Assembly (NCBI RefSeq): GCF_009914755.1
Contig: NC_060926.1
Reading direction: 5' to 3' (one strand)
DNA: 64,000 nucleotides
Source of the DNA: the human T2T-CHM13v2.0 reference genome, Homo sapiens
Part shown: positions 42,765 to 56,252 of the stretch, one piece after another
Layout of the letters: every line of letters begins with the position of its first letter
Numbering within the stretch: the stretch's first letter is position 1
Position numbers and translations under genes: made by a program
The notes under the pieces: model-generated
What the model saw: the letters and a program-made list of their open reading frames with translations, nothing else
What the model was told of the DNA's origin: nothing
The model's database searches: none

Positions 42765-43271
42765 GGGTCTGAAACCCCTGGGACACAGACAGATACAGAT
42801 ACTGAGACCTATCGGGAACTGGGCCTCACAGCAGAATGTGAGCGGCGGGTGAGTCAGTGAAGCTTCATCTATGTTTACAGCCATTCCCCATCACTCACAT
42901 TATGGCCTGGGCTCCACCTCTTGTCAGATCAGTGGCAGCATTAGTTTCTCATAGGAGCATGAACCCTATTTTGAACTGAGCATGTGAGGGATCTAGGTTG
43001 CATGCTCCTTATGAAAATCTAATTCCTGATGATCTGTCACTCTCTCCCATCACCCTGAGATGGGACCATCTAGATGCAAGAAAACAAGCTCAGGGCTCCC
43101 GCTGAGGGGAGTTGTATAATTATTGCATTATATATTACAATGTAATAATAATAAAGTACACAATAAATGTAATGCATTTGAATCATCCTGAAACTATCCC
43201 CTAATGTGGTCCATGAAAAAATTGTCTTCTCTGAAACCAGAGTCTGGTGCCAAAAAGGTTGGGAGGCACTG
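42765..43271 (+). mobile_element. MER1A hAT-Charlie transposon
   Basis: tgtcagatcagtggcagcattag...gagggatctaggttgcatgctccttatga...ggtgccaaaaaggttggg. Confidence 0.88.
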
Positions 43272-43524
43272 ATATATCTTACTATTATAACCTTTTTTTT
43301 GTTGTTTTTTAAACCCAAGTGTTATATTTTCCATTTGAGTTTGAGGACATGGTTTGGCATGAGTATGTGTGTATATGGCCAGGGGGTGCTTTTTCTTTTT
43401 AATTGATGTTTTATAAGAATTTAAGTTCTCAATGATGATTGCAATCATATATTACTTGAGTTAATTTAGTAGTGTCACCCCAAGCCCCACTGTTCCATAG
43501 TTCCAAGATGGCTTTGGAGTCCTT

Positions 43525-44218
43525 CGTGGTGTTGGCAGTGGTGAATCCACATGGGTCTGCAGCCACCTCAGTTCTTGCCTTCCTAGAAGAAAGAATTCAA
43601 CTGACGGGTGTAAGGCAGAGAGACACCAAGGCAAGTTTTAGAGCAGGCATGAAAGTTTATTAAAAGGTTTTAGAGCAGGAACAAAAGTAAAGTGCATGTG
43701 GAAGAGGGTCAAGCAGGCAACTTGAGATTCAAATGCACGGTTTGATTTTTGACTTGGGGTCTTATGTGTTGGCAGCTTCCAGGGTTGCTTTACTTCTGTG
43801 ATTCTTCCTGCGGAGTGGGCTGTCTGCATGTGCAGTGGCCTGCTAGCACTTGGGAGCGGCTGCATGTGCAGTGTGTTTATTGAAGTTGTACACATGCTCA
43901 CTTGAGGCATTTTCCCTTACCAGTTAAGTGTTCCTAGAGGAAGGTCATATTTCAGTTAAACTCTGCTATTTTACCTTTTAGTGCACATGCTTGGGCCCAC
44001 TCACCCAACTCCTGAGATCTCATCAGGAAGCTGCTGATCACCAGTTTCAGATTTTCTATCTATTGAGAGACAGCCCTTCCCTGGTGCTGGTTGTGACCAA
44101 TTATTATTATAGAGAGACAGTTTAACAACTGCCTGAACATTGCCTGATGTTTGCCTGACATTCCTGGTGAGGGTGGGTCCTCTCCTGCCTTGCTCATATC
44201 TGATTACCGACTGTAACA
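43525..44218 (-). mobile_element. MER50-like ERV1 solo LTR
   Basis: gcaagttttagagcagg...tgctcatatctgattaccgactgtaaca, reverse complement of recalled MER50 start. Confidence 0.78.
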
Positions 44219-44387
44219 GTGCGTGTATTTGAAGGCTGACATGGCCTCTTACCATCTGTGAGACTTTGGTCAATTTTCATGACCTATCTGAATCTTCGTT
44301 TTTTGAAATCAATAAAGTGGATTTGATGTTACAAATTTTACAAAGGTATATTGAGATTTTTGTGATCTATACATAGAATACTTGGGA

Positions 44388-46861
44388 TATAACTGACCAA
44401 TGGGTTCTTCTTGCCTACTTCCCAGTTAGAGCCAATTTATCAAGGCAGGGGAATTGCAATGAAGAAAGAGTTTAGTTCACACAGAGCCAGCTGAACAGAA
44501 GATCAGTTTATTTATTACTCAAATCAGTCTCCCCCAAGAATTTGGAGGTTTTTCAAAGATCATTTTGTCACAGGAGCCTTGGGGTGTCACTTTGCCAGCC
44601 AGAAACCTTTGTGGCTGGTGGCTCCTTTGCCCAAGTTTTGCTCAGGCCCACTGGGCTTGTTCTTCCCACTTGGCCCAGGAGGCTGCATTCAGCTCACACT
44701 ACTGGCCTGGATCCCATGCCTGCCAAGGGTGAGCCAGGCACAGAACATTGAGGGGTGCATGAGTGAGTGAGTGTGGGTGAGTGGGGGGTGTGTGAATGAG
44801 TGAACAGCCACTGCACACAGCCAGACATACCAACTGTGACAGGGCAGGCAGCTCCAGGCACTGGCATGGGTGCTAACTCCCTGCAAGGCTGTGGCTGGAA
44901 CAGGTGTACCTCAAGTGGCTTCCGCTACAGGCACTGGGGAACGCAGTGGCACCCGGGAGCTTGGAGATTCCAGGAACCACAGAACCTCAAAGAGGGTATC
45001 TCAGTCTTGGCTCAGGGAGCTCCTAGGTCTGGGCTCCCTGAAGGACTGCAGCTCTTCTCTTTCCTTCTTGTCACCAGCAATGTGGTGAGTAGAGGGGCAT
45101 ATTTCAGCCCTGTATGTGTTACAGCTCTTTCAGTCCCACCATTCAATGGGGACTGAGCTTTTATCCCACATCCAGGAAAAATGAAATACACAGACAACTG
45201 GAGGGTGAGCAAGGTGAAGAGTGCATTATTGAGTGAAAGTAGAGCTCTCAGGAGACTGTAGGATGGGTGTTATCAGTGTAGGTATAAATGATACCCCGAA
45301 GTGGGTAGCTCCTTCCCACAAGCAGGTCATCCCAATGAGTACAGCCCTCAGCAGAGAGGAGACCTAGAGTGGGTAGCTCCTATCCAGAGGCAGGTTGTCT
45401 CAATGTCTGTAGCCCTCAGCAGAGAGGAGACCCAGAGCGGGTAGGTAGCTCTTATCCACAGGCAGGTCATCCCGATGAGTACAGCTCTCAGCCTAGAGGA
45501 GGACTGGGGTGGGTAGCTTCTATCTGCTGGTAGGTCGTCTCAAAGAGCGTGCAGCCCTCAATGGAGAGAGGATACCTGGAGTGGGTAGCTCCTATCCATA
45601 AGCAGGTCATCACAACATCTCTGTGGCCCTCAGGTGAGAGGCGATCCAGAGTGGGTAGCTCCTATCCGCAGGCAGGTCATCCTGTCCTCTGCCTGAGTCT
45701 GGCTGAGTCCAGGGTTTTTATGGGCTTCAGATGGGCGGAAGTACATGCTGATTGGTCCATGAGTGGGCCAGGAAGATGCACCAGAAGTTCTCATTCTGGT
45801 CTGTGGAACTGGCAACCTGGCCCCCGTGCTTCAGGCCATACCTGAGGGGTGCTGAGGGGTACCCGCAATCCTGTGTGGAGCCACCCTCAGCCTCTGCTGT
45901 TTCCCACCTGTGGCCATGAGTGCCCAAAGTCCGGAAGGGGCCTAGGCGACAGGGGGCTGGCCTATCATTGCTGCCCCCAAGTGTGTGCACATCCAGCTGG
46001 GTTGCAAAAGTGCCTGTTCTTGACCACAACTTTGCTTTGCCCCAGGGCTGGCACCGGGAGCAGGGAAAGGCCAGACAGTGGAAGCAGGCACTTTCAAGCC
46101 TGTGAGGGAAGGGAGCTTCCTGGGCCCCTGAGAGCAGAGGGATGCTGGGGTCTGCAGCTGCAGCTGACAGGCTGCAGCTGTGCCCAGGAGTGTGGGCTCC
46201 TGCCCCACCAACTCGGTAGGGGCAGGGCTCCCTCTGGCCTTGTGGATTGTGCAGCCCCAGCTGTGCCTCCCCTGCTGCAGCTGGCATCCTCACAGTGGCT
46301 GCTCCACACGGGCTGTCACTGCCATCAGTTTGGGGGAAGCAGGGGACAGGGTGGCAGTGGCTAGGCAATGGGTGCTTTCTGCTGATTGGTTGGGTTGGAG
46401 ATGAAATCATAGGGAGTCAAAGCTGTCCTCTTGAGCTGAGTTGCTTCTGGGTGCTGCCACTGGAGTGGTGGAGCCATCAATTCAGACATTAAAAAACCTG
46501 AAAAGACATCTCAAATGGCCAATCCTTAGGTTCTACAATAGTGATGTTATTTGCAGGAGTAATTGGGGAAATTGCATATCTTGTGACCTCCAGAAGAATG
46601 GCTGGCAATCTACACCTTAGAATTCAGGCTCCTCACATCCTCCTAACCCGATGATCTCATTAGCTTTATAAAGGCAGTTACATTTTGAGGAAGGGCTATT
46701 ATTATTTAAACTATAAACTAAATGTCTCTCCATGCTAGCCCAGCCTTAGCCCAGGAATAATTAAGGCAGCTTGAAGGCAACAGGCAAGAGGAAGGGGGTT
46801 GGCCAGATCAGATCTCACTAACTGTTATAATTGTGTTATAATTTTCATAAAGGCAATCTCA
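44388..46861 (-). mobile_element. LTR8-family ERV1 solo LTR split by a MER52 insertion
   Basis: Left part ttattactcaaatcagtctcccc; right part ctacaatagtgatgttat...tataattttcataaaggcaatctca. Confidence 0.75.
44566..46327 (-). mobile_element. MER52-family ERV1 LTR (GC-rich, ~1.76 kb)
   Basis: tgtcacaggagccttggggtgtc...ctgccatca termini (TG..CA); internal ~70-bp tandem units; explains the ORF cluster at 44.5-46.5 kb. Confidence 0.85.
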
Positions 46862-47660
46862 GGCACATATATTTATTCTTTACCTTCATCTTTTGATTTT
46901 AAATTGTTACAACCATATTTATTTTATAACAAAATACTATTAATGGGCTGAATTTATGATACGATGGAAAAATAGTTTGAGGAACAGCTTAAGACTCAAA
47001 GCTTATTTGGCCTTTTATTACTGAATGTTCTTCAATTTATCTCTTAAAAGTAGTGATACTAATGACTACTCAAAGTAATTTGACCTCTCACAAGGTTTTC
47101 TATTATCATTAAAGATGCAAAGCAGATGTGTGGATAAACTTTACTTATCTCTGTATCACCTTGGAATCTCTTCCTCATATTTACATTTGAATATATATGA
47201 GATTGTTGTTCAGGAAATTCAGTGTTTCAGACAGACTAATGGAACCTCATTTTAAGGTATGATTTGATATAATCTTCTCTTTGCTTTTCTCAATCAATTC
47301 TTCCCATCTTCACACTCTAAACTGAGATGATAATTGCTTTTAAGAGAGTAACCAGGCAGATGTAGGGCAATGGTTTACAAGCATAAACATTGATGAGAGA
47401 TGTCCTGAGTTTATGTCCTGTTTCCTCCATTTACTGAGGGTTAGCCATGGTTCACTTTCAAACCTCTGCAACTCTCAGTTACCAATATGTATAAAATAAA
47501 GAAAACAACATTATCTCTTCCATGAGGTTTTTTTTGAAGAGTAAGTAGAATAACGCACTTAAAAACTAACACAATGCATGGCTTATTACCCTCAGCACAT
47601 TTTAGTTCTTATTATGGTTAAAATTTTTATAAGAGGAGGTATACTGAAATATGTTTGTGG

Positions 47661-47661
<1 letters not shown>

Positions 47662-47701
<40 letters not shown>

Positions 47702-47724
47702 AGAGAGAGAGAGAGAGAGAGAGA
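47662..47724. repeat. (TG)19(GA)n compound microsatellite
   Basis: Direct read. Confidence 0.95.
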
Positions 47725-48484
47725 ATGAGAATAGTGTTTGGATAACATTTAACGTTTTAGACTCTGGAAGGGATCAGAGCTTTTTTTTTTTTTTTTTTTT
47801 TTTTTAGTTTGGTGGATTGAACCTTCCCTAGGACTGGGTGATTATTACAAAGGTTATATTTGTATTTGAAATGTCTTTGTTATGATCCAGAAGCAATTTA
47901 AGGTCCAGTTTAACAAAGAACGGACAAGGTATAACAATATTTTGATAGCAATATTGAGGCTCAGTCAACATTGACAAGAATTTTTTATCTGATTTGCTGT
48001 TCTTGATACAAATTTTGGGTAAAAATAGGTTTATGCAAATGTATTGCAGCATAATCTTTATATTTCTTATCAGTGTACTCTAATTTTTGTGAAGTGCTCT
48101 CTTATAGTGGAATAATAATTTTTATTACCAATCACATTAAGTGATACACAAGCTCTGTACTGGACACATTATTTCATTTTATTATCTCAAAGTAGCTAAC
48201 TATTTTCCTGATTTTACATATGACCAAATGGACTTTGAGAGCTAACTTGCCCAAGGTCACATGTCTAGGGAATGGCAGAGGTGGATGGTGACTGACTCCA
48301 GAACCCGTTTACAGGGGAAGAGAAAGCATCTTTCACAGAGATGTGATACATGCTTACAAAGGCACTTTCATGGTGGTACAAGCTCTTTCTTAGGCAGACG
48401 TTATCAAGATCTGTACTTAAGGAGTAAGACCAGAGGTTAAAGTAAAAACAGGCTTTAGTTTTCATTTTCCTCAACATATGTTAG

Positions 48485-48775
48485 TTTCTTTTCTTTCTCT
48501 TTTTTTAGGAGACAGGGTCATGCTGTGTTGCCCAGGCTGGAGTGCAGTGGTGTGATCATGGCTCACTGCAGCCTTGACCTCCTGGGCTAAATCAGCCTTC
48601 CTTCTCACCCTCCCAAGCAGCTGGCATGTGCCAGTACACCCAGCTAATTTCAAGTTTTTTGTAGAGACAGGGTCTATGTTGCCTAGGCTGGTCTTGAACT
48701 CCTGGCCTCAAGCAATCCTCCTGCCTCAGCCTTTTAAAGTGCTGGGATTACAGGCATGAGCCATCAAGCTCAGCC
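48485..48775 (-). mobile_element. AluJ
   Basis: gatcatggctcactgcagccttgacctcctgggct. Confidence 0.92.
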
Positions 48776-48977
48776 TTGTTTTCTTATATACCTAATGGAT
48801 AAGGCTTTTTGATATTTTAGAGAAGGATTTTTGATATTTTGTATATTTGGCACTGAAAAACATCTTCTGCTTTCCAGACAACAGAAAAAAATAAAAGAGC
48901 TAGCCATGCAGTAGTGGCATTTTATTCTAAGAACTTTGACTACATTTGGAATGTGTTAAATCTATGTAACTTGAAAG

Positions 48978-49845
48978 TGTTACAAGATTTCCTACAGTGC
49001 TGCTTTGACAACCAGAAATCTCTGCAGCTGCCTCCGTCTGGGTGTTGCACAGCCCAGCAGGCTGTGCTCGGCTCGCGCCTGCTCAGATCCCACACCCGCT
49101 GTGGCTCCACGCTCAGCCTGTGGCTGGACTGGGCATGCCACAAGCGGCTTCTGTGTTGGGTGCTGGCATCTAGACTAGGGGAACATGGTGATCCATGTTT
49201 AGAGATGCCAGTGATCACGGAGCCCCAAGGGATGTTACAGCTCTTGCTTGGGGAGTCCTGAGGTCTGAGCTTCCAGAAATTTTGCAGCTTTCCACTCCCA
49301 TAGCTTGGAGAGTGGGAGCATATTGCAGCTATTTTATTCCCACCGTCCACAGCCCACGGGGCAGAAGTTAGGGTTACAGCTTGTTTGTTTCTGCTGCCCG
49401 CAGTTTGGTGAGTTCCAGGTTCTTGTCCCATGCCCAAGAAGAATAAGGTACACAGACACTGGAGAATATGTAGGGCAGAGAAGAATTTTATTGAGCAACA
49501 AAAGGAAGGCTCTCGGTGGAGAGGGGACCCTGAAAGCAGGGTAGCCATCTGTGAGGCTGAGTCTGGAGTTTTTGTGGGCTTAGAATGGGGGAGTGCATGC
49601 AGAATAGTCCATGGGTCTTCTTGGAAAAAGAACCGTTCAGTTGGTTAAAAGGCATCATCCAAAAGGAACCAATCAAGAGACAGAGGGTAAGACAAAGATA
49701 GAAGTTCTCACTCTGGTCGTGGACTCTGTCCAGAACTGGCAGTTCAGTTTTTAGGTTTCAGGCTTTCTTTGGCTTGAAGGTTGGCACTGAAAGGGAACCC
49801 ATTTTTGACTGTCTAGGAATTTGTCTGTCTCCTGTTGCTATTGAT
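48978..49845 (-). mobile_element. ERV1 solo LTR (LTR27/LTR28/MER52-related)
   Basis: Shares motifs with the MER52 copy (acacagacactggag, ttattgagc, ggctgagtctggagtttttgtgggctt). Confidence 0.7.
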
Positions 49846-49985
49846 AGCATTAGAGTTAGTGAAACACAATAAAAATGTATTTTCCTTAAGAGAGAACCTC
49901 AGTCTTCACATTATTCACTGCTGTCCTTTCTTCTTTTTTAATTGATAGGAAAAAATGGAGTAATATTGTGCCTTAATAACAAATA

Positions 49986-51178
49986 CAGCCATGTGTAACT
50001 TAACAATGACAATACACTATGAGAAATGCATTGTTAGGTGATTTTATTGTTTTGTGAACATCATAATGTACCTATACAAACCTAGATGGTATAGCCTACT
50101 GCACACCTAGGTTATATGGTATAGGCTATTGCTCCTAAGCTGCAAGTCTGTACAGCATATTACTGTACTGGATACTGCAGGCAATTGTAACACAATTTTA
50201 AGTGTCAGTGCATCTAAACTGACACTTATCTAAGCGTACAAAAGGCACAACAGAAAGACCATACAAAAGATTTTTTTTTAAAATAGTACACTTGTAAAGG
50301 GCACTTACCATGCATACAGCTTGCAGGACTGGAAGTTGCTATGGGTGTGTGAATGTGAAGCCCTAGGACATTACCATATACTACTGTAGACTCTGCAAAC
50401 ACTCCATGGTGGTATACTTAGGTTATATTAAATTTAGAAAAAAATATTTTTCTTTCTTCAATAAGTTAACCTTAGCTTACTATAAGTTCATAAACTTACT
50501 GAAACTTAAACTTTTTGATTCTTTTGTAATAACACTTAGCTTAAAAGAAACACATTGTACAACTGTACAAATTTTTTTCTATCCTTATTTGATAAGCTTT
50601 TTTCTATTTTAAAAATTTTTTACTTTTTACTTTTTAAACTTTTTTTGTTAAAAACTAAGACACAAATATAAACATTAGCCCAGGCCTACACAGGGCAGGA
50701 TCATCAATATTATTGTCTTCCACCTCCACATCTTGTCCTACTGGAAGGTCTTCAGGGGCAGCAGCATGCATGGAAGTGTCATCTCCCAAGATAACAATGC
50801 CTTTATTTTTTTTGGAATACCTCCTGAAGGACCTGCCTGAGTCTTTTTTACAATTAACTTTTATTTTTGTATGTAGAAGGACTGCATTGTAAAATAATGA
50901 TTAAAAAGTATAGTAAATTCATAAACCAGTAACGTAATCTATTATCAAGTTTTATATGCTGTACCTAATTATATATGCTATACTTTCATACAACTGGCAG
51001 CACAGGTTTGTTTACACCAGTATTACCATTAACACGTGAGTAACACATTGCACTGCAACACTATGATGGCCATGACGTCACTAGGCAATGGGAATTTTTT
51101 AGCGCCATCATAATCTTCTGGAAGATTATATATGTGGTCCATCATTGACTGAAATGTTGCTATGGAGCACTTAACTGT
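49986..51178 (+). mobile_element. Tigger3b-like DNA transposon
   Basis: ta-cagccatg...aactg-ta ends; gcttgcaggactggaagttgct, atacctcctgaaggacctgcctgag. Confidence 0.88.
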
Positions 51179-51309
51179 ATTGAAATTTATTTCGTTTTAC
51201 AAAGAATAATGAATTCTTCATTATTATATGTATTTATGTGTAGTTCCTAAGTTTAACAACAGTTTTGTACTGTTATTTAGATATGTTGAATGACATTTAA
51301 AGACTATGA

Positions 51310-51642
<333 letters not shown>

Positions 51643-51750
51643 TGAATTATTTTCTCTGTTTGGGGGATATCTTGTTCTGGTAAGCTGAAAATGAAAATGC
51701 TTAAGTCAACATAAGGAGGTTACAAGGGAGTGCTACTTTGAAGAAAACAT

Positions 51751-51965
51751 TGTCTTAGTCTTTTCAGGCTGCTATAATGAAATACCCTGAGCCGGGTAGC
51801 TTGTAAACAAGAGAAATTTATTTCTTGCAGTTCTGGAGTCTGGGAAGTCTAAGATCAAGGTGCCAGCAGATTCTGTGTCTGGTGAGGGCATTTTTGTTTA
51901 TAGATGACATCTTCTGTGTCCTCACATGGTAGAATGGGCAAACAAGTTCTCTTGGGCCTGTTTTA
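51751..51965 (-). mobile_element. MLT1A-like MaLR LTR fragment
   Basis: tgtcttagtc...ggctgctataa...cagttctggagtctgggaagtctaagatcaaggtgccagcagatt. Confidence 0.8.
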
Positions 51966-52059
51966 GTTCTGAGAAGCTGCTTGCAAGCAAGGGTCTTGTG
52001 TCCCAACAGGTAAACTATCTGAAACCTCCCTAACATATTATTATAGATTTATTTTTAAG

Positions 52060-53350
52060 AATTGGCAAAAATAATCTTTAAAGAATAAATGTGTAAAGAT
52101 ACATGGGAATCTTTTAAAAATACATCTCCTAGGGGCAATTTGCCATTACAGACAACTAACATATTATATATCTACAAAATTAAGAGTGAGTGATATTATG
52201 CTATAAGTTGTATTATGGTACAAATTGGACACTTAGTATTTATAAAATGTTATCTATGATAAGATGCCATTAGAAATCATTGAGAAAAGGTTGAATAGTC
52301 ATTAAATGATAGATATATTTTGGTTAACTATTTGGAATAAATTAATTGGATCCATATGTGAAAATATATTGCTTAGAGAGATCAAATGTGGAAAATAATT
52401 ATATTAAATATAAGAAAATAAACTATCTGACCTTTCAGTTAGGATGGTCTGTTTAAACTTAAAAGCAATAAAAGATGCCATAAGCTATATATGAACATAT
52501 TATTTTAATAAAGTCCTGTATGTCATAAACATAAAAAGCAACTGAGGTTGGAAAAATATTTGAAACAGTAAGGCATAAAGTCCTTAATATGTAAAGAATT
52601 CATACAAATCAATAAGAAAATGCCAAGACCCTAACTAAATAAGGTAAATGGACAAAATCATGGCCTATCAATTTTCAAAACAGGAAATACAAATGGTTAG
52701 TACATATGACAACATGCTTTAATAATCTAAGATTAGTACACCAAAGAAATACACACTTAGATTTTTTTACCTTAAAAAAGTTGTTAAATGATTATCTTTA
52801 ATATTGTCAAACAAGATAGGATCAGATTCTCAAACATTCTTGGTAGAAGTACAAACTGGCAAAATTACCTCGGTAACAATTTTTGAAATGTATGTGTCAA
52901 AGTCTTCAAAATCTTCATAAACTTTGACCCAGTATTCACTTTATGAATCTGCACAAATAAACTTATGTTAAAATATTAAATACAGTGGACAGGCGTTCAT
53001 GCACCAGGAAGCTGATGCAATATTTTTGTAATAATAGTGAAATGGAAGCATTCCAAATCTATTGGATTAATGCAGTAAATAAGTAAATCTTGATACCTTA
53101 ATAAATGAAATATGTGGGTTAAAAATGTTATGAAAAGTATCTTTTGAGAGAAATACTTATGTTATTAAATGAAAAAGGCAGGGTAACAGTATTCTGTAAC
53201 AATATCATAATTCACTATTTTAAAAAATCACAGGAATACCCAACAAAGAGCTATAATAAAATATTATTAATGATTGTTCCTATGGTGGTGTTGCAGTGAT
53301 CATCACTTTCATCTTATTTTCTGTGTTCAAGTTTTTCACCATGGGTATTA
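52060..53350 (+). mobile_element. Highly diverged L1ME fragment
   Basis: A-rich; atatgtaaagaattcatacaaatcaataagaaaa, actttgacccagtattcactt. Confidence 0.6.
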
Positions 53351-54588
53351 CATCCCATTTATAATAGGAAACAATTTTCACGTGAAAAGAAATCTGAATG
53401 TGTTTGAAGTTCAGAAAGATTCTCCTCATGTTTAACAGAGGTGTGACTGAGAAAGTATCCAAATATGGAATAATGCCTTACTTATAATCACCTTGAGGTT
53501 CAAACTGTGACCCTCCCACCTCTCCAATTTAATCCATTAATCAGTCTAAATGTTAATATATTCTGAAATTGAAATTACATTTTTATTTGGTAGTTCTCTT
53601 TTCCTATGGAAGGAGAAAAGTATATTTCCTTTTACTTCCACCCATCATTGTATACTTTTTGTATTTTACTTTTTTCCATATTTTCTTTAAATTCTTTGAA
53701 ATATCTCAAAATAATAAAAGTATTTCCATGCAACTGTGTTTTCTCTTAAGAGATTTGAGGATGCCATGCTATTTCTATTAATTTTAAATACACAGCATAG
53801 AGGAAAGATATCAAACGAGAACTCGTGCTTTGGGAGCTCCTCAAAACTGATTTTTCTTTTGGAGGATTGAGAACTCCTCAAAACTGATTTTTCTTTTGAA
53901 GGATTGATAAGTTTGATTTGATCTTGCTTATAAAATGGTCTTTTGTCCCAGCTTCTTGCTCCAATCTTGAAATAATATCTTTCAGGTAATCTGCATTTAA
54001 CTCATCCCAACAGGTAGTTCAGCTGCCTATGCTTGTAGGCAGGTTCATCTCCATCCTGCATTACTACTAAAGGTTGCCTTTGAATCATTTTGTGCATTAA
54101 ATTGTTTCCTTCTCTGCCAACTCAGGATCCTTTTGGCAAACCACACTGTTTGCAGAAGAGCATTGTGCTCTTATGTGGGAAGGTAAAAGTGAAAAGTGGA
54201 TATAGTTTATATCTAGAGAAGCTTGAATCATGGAGCCAAGAAAAAAAATTTTTAAATCTTAATAAGTAAAAATTAGAGAAAATATATCAGGGAGTTATTC
54301 AAGCATTTAACTTGATCATTTATATCTGGGGTTACAGAACATCATTCATCACCTTGGTATAGACTACTACCATCAAATAGAAAAGATTAGTAAAATAAAT
54401 AGTGATAACCAATGTTTTCTTCTCACTTTATTGTGACCTTTTTTCCTCCATCATATTTTACATTCATTCTTCCTTTGTTTTGAATTGCTCTTCCCATCAA
54501 GCATTTGTTCCCCCCCACAACACACTTTTTGAGACTTGCTGTTACAGAACTATATTTGTCCTAGTTTTTTTCCCCTCACATTAAGTAA

Positions 54589-54729
<141 letters not shown>

Positions 54730-55585
54730 TAAGTAAACACTTAAAGTTATTGTCGTATAACTGTACTTCTTCACTAAGAATCAGTGTGAATTATAACTTG
54801 AGAAAAATCTAAATTGATCAGTATGATTAGCACTGACTATAAGTTGATCTGAACTGATATTTTACTGTCAAATGAATGGTGTGGGCTTTTTTGTATAGCA
54901 GGAGTCATTTTTTCCTTTACTATTTTAGCCCCTCAAACAGGCACACTGTAGAGAACTTCTGTTCTTCTTTCCAAATCACATTTCTTACTGGGGCTTCCAT
55001 GGTGGGAGAAATTGAGGAAAGGGCAGGACACATATTGCTCAGGCCTTTGGGGCTAATTTACAGATTGCCTCCTTCCTGCCTCCAGCATTAAATTTGTCGC
55101 TTTTTGGGAGATGCCTAAGACTTGGTAGTTAAGTATCTGCTCTGTAGACGTGATTTGCCTCACTTGTGTATCCCAAGGAGAAGAGTGCAGAAATCATGTT
55201 TTGGGTACTGATTCAAACTGTGTCCTCCAATTCTGCTTTACCAACCATGAAGATGATTGTTTCATCCTAACTCCCCGCACGCCTTAGAAACCTCAGAATT
55301 CTGTGACTCTTTTATTGCATATTTTAGGAAACCTCTATAAATGACAACAATTTGCTTGTTTGTTTTGTATTGGTAAATTCATATTTAGGTCTAAAGTATA
55401 ACAGGAATGACTGATAAAGTGAGAAAGCCCTCAAGGTGGAGTCCAGTAAGAGCGTCATGGTAAAAAGAACTCTCTGTGAAAGTTCTTTTCATTTTTAGAT
55501 GCTGCCTTATCTATTCCTAAAATATTCAACCAGAAAATTTACTATTATTTGGGAAAAAAATAAACTAGGGCTTGATGAATCTTGA

Positions 55586-56252
<667 letters not shown>

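Noticed and set aside
45298-45690. CRISPR-like repeat/spacer periodicity
   Set aside because: The 'spacers' are homologous to each other, the array lies inside a MER52 LTR, there are no cas genes and the DNA is primate
44542-46492. Dense cluster of ORFs up to 227 aa
   Set aside because: All inside GC-rich MER52/LTR8 LTR sequence; no gag/pol/env motifs
48914-49676. ORFs of 115-202 aa
   Set aside because: Within an ERV1 solo LTR; no recognisable domain
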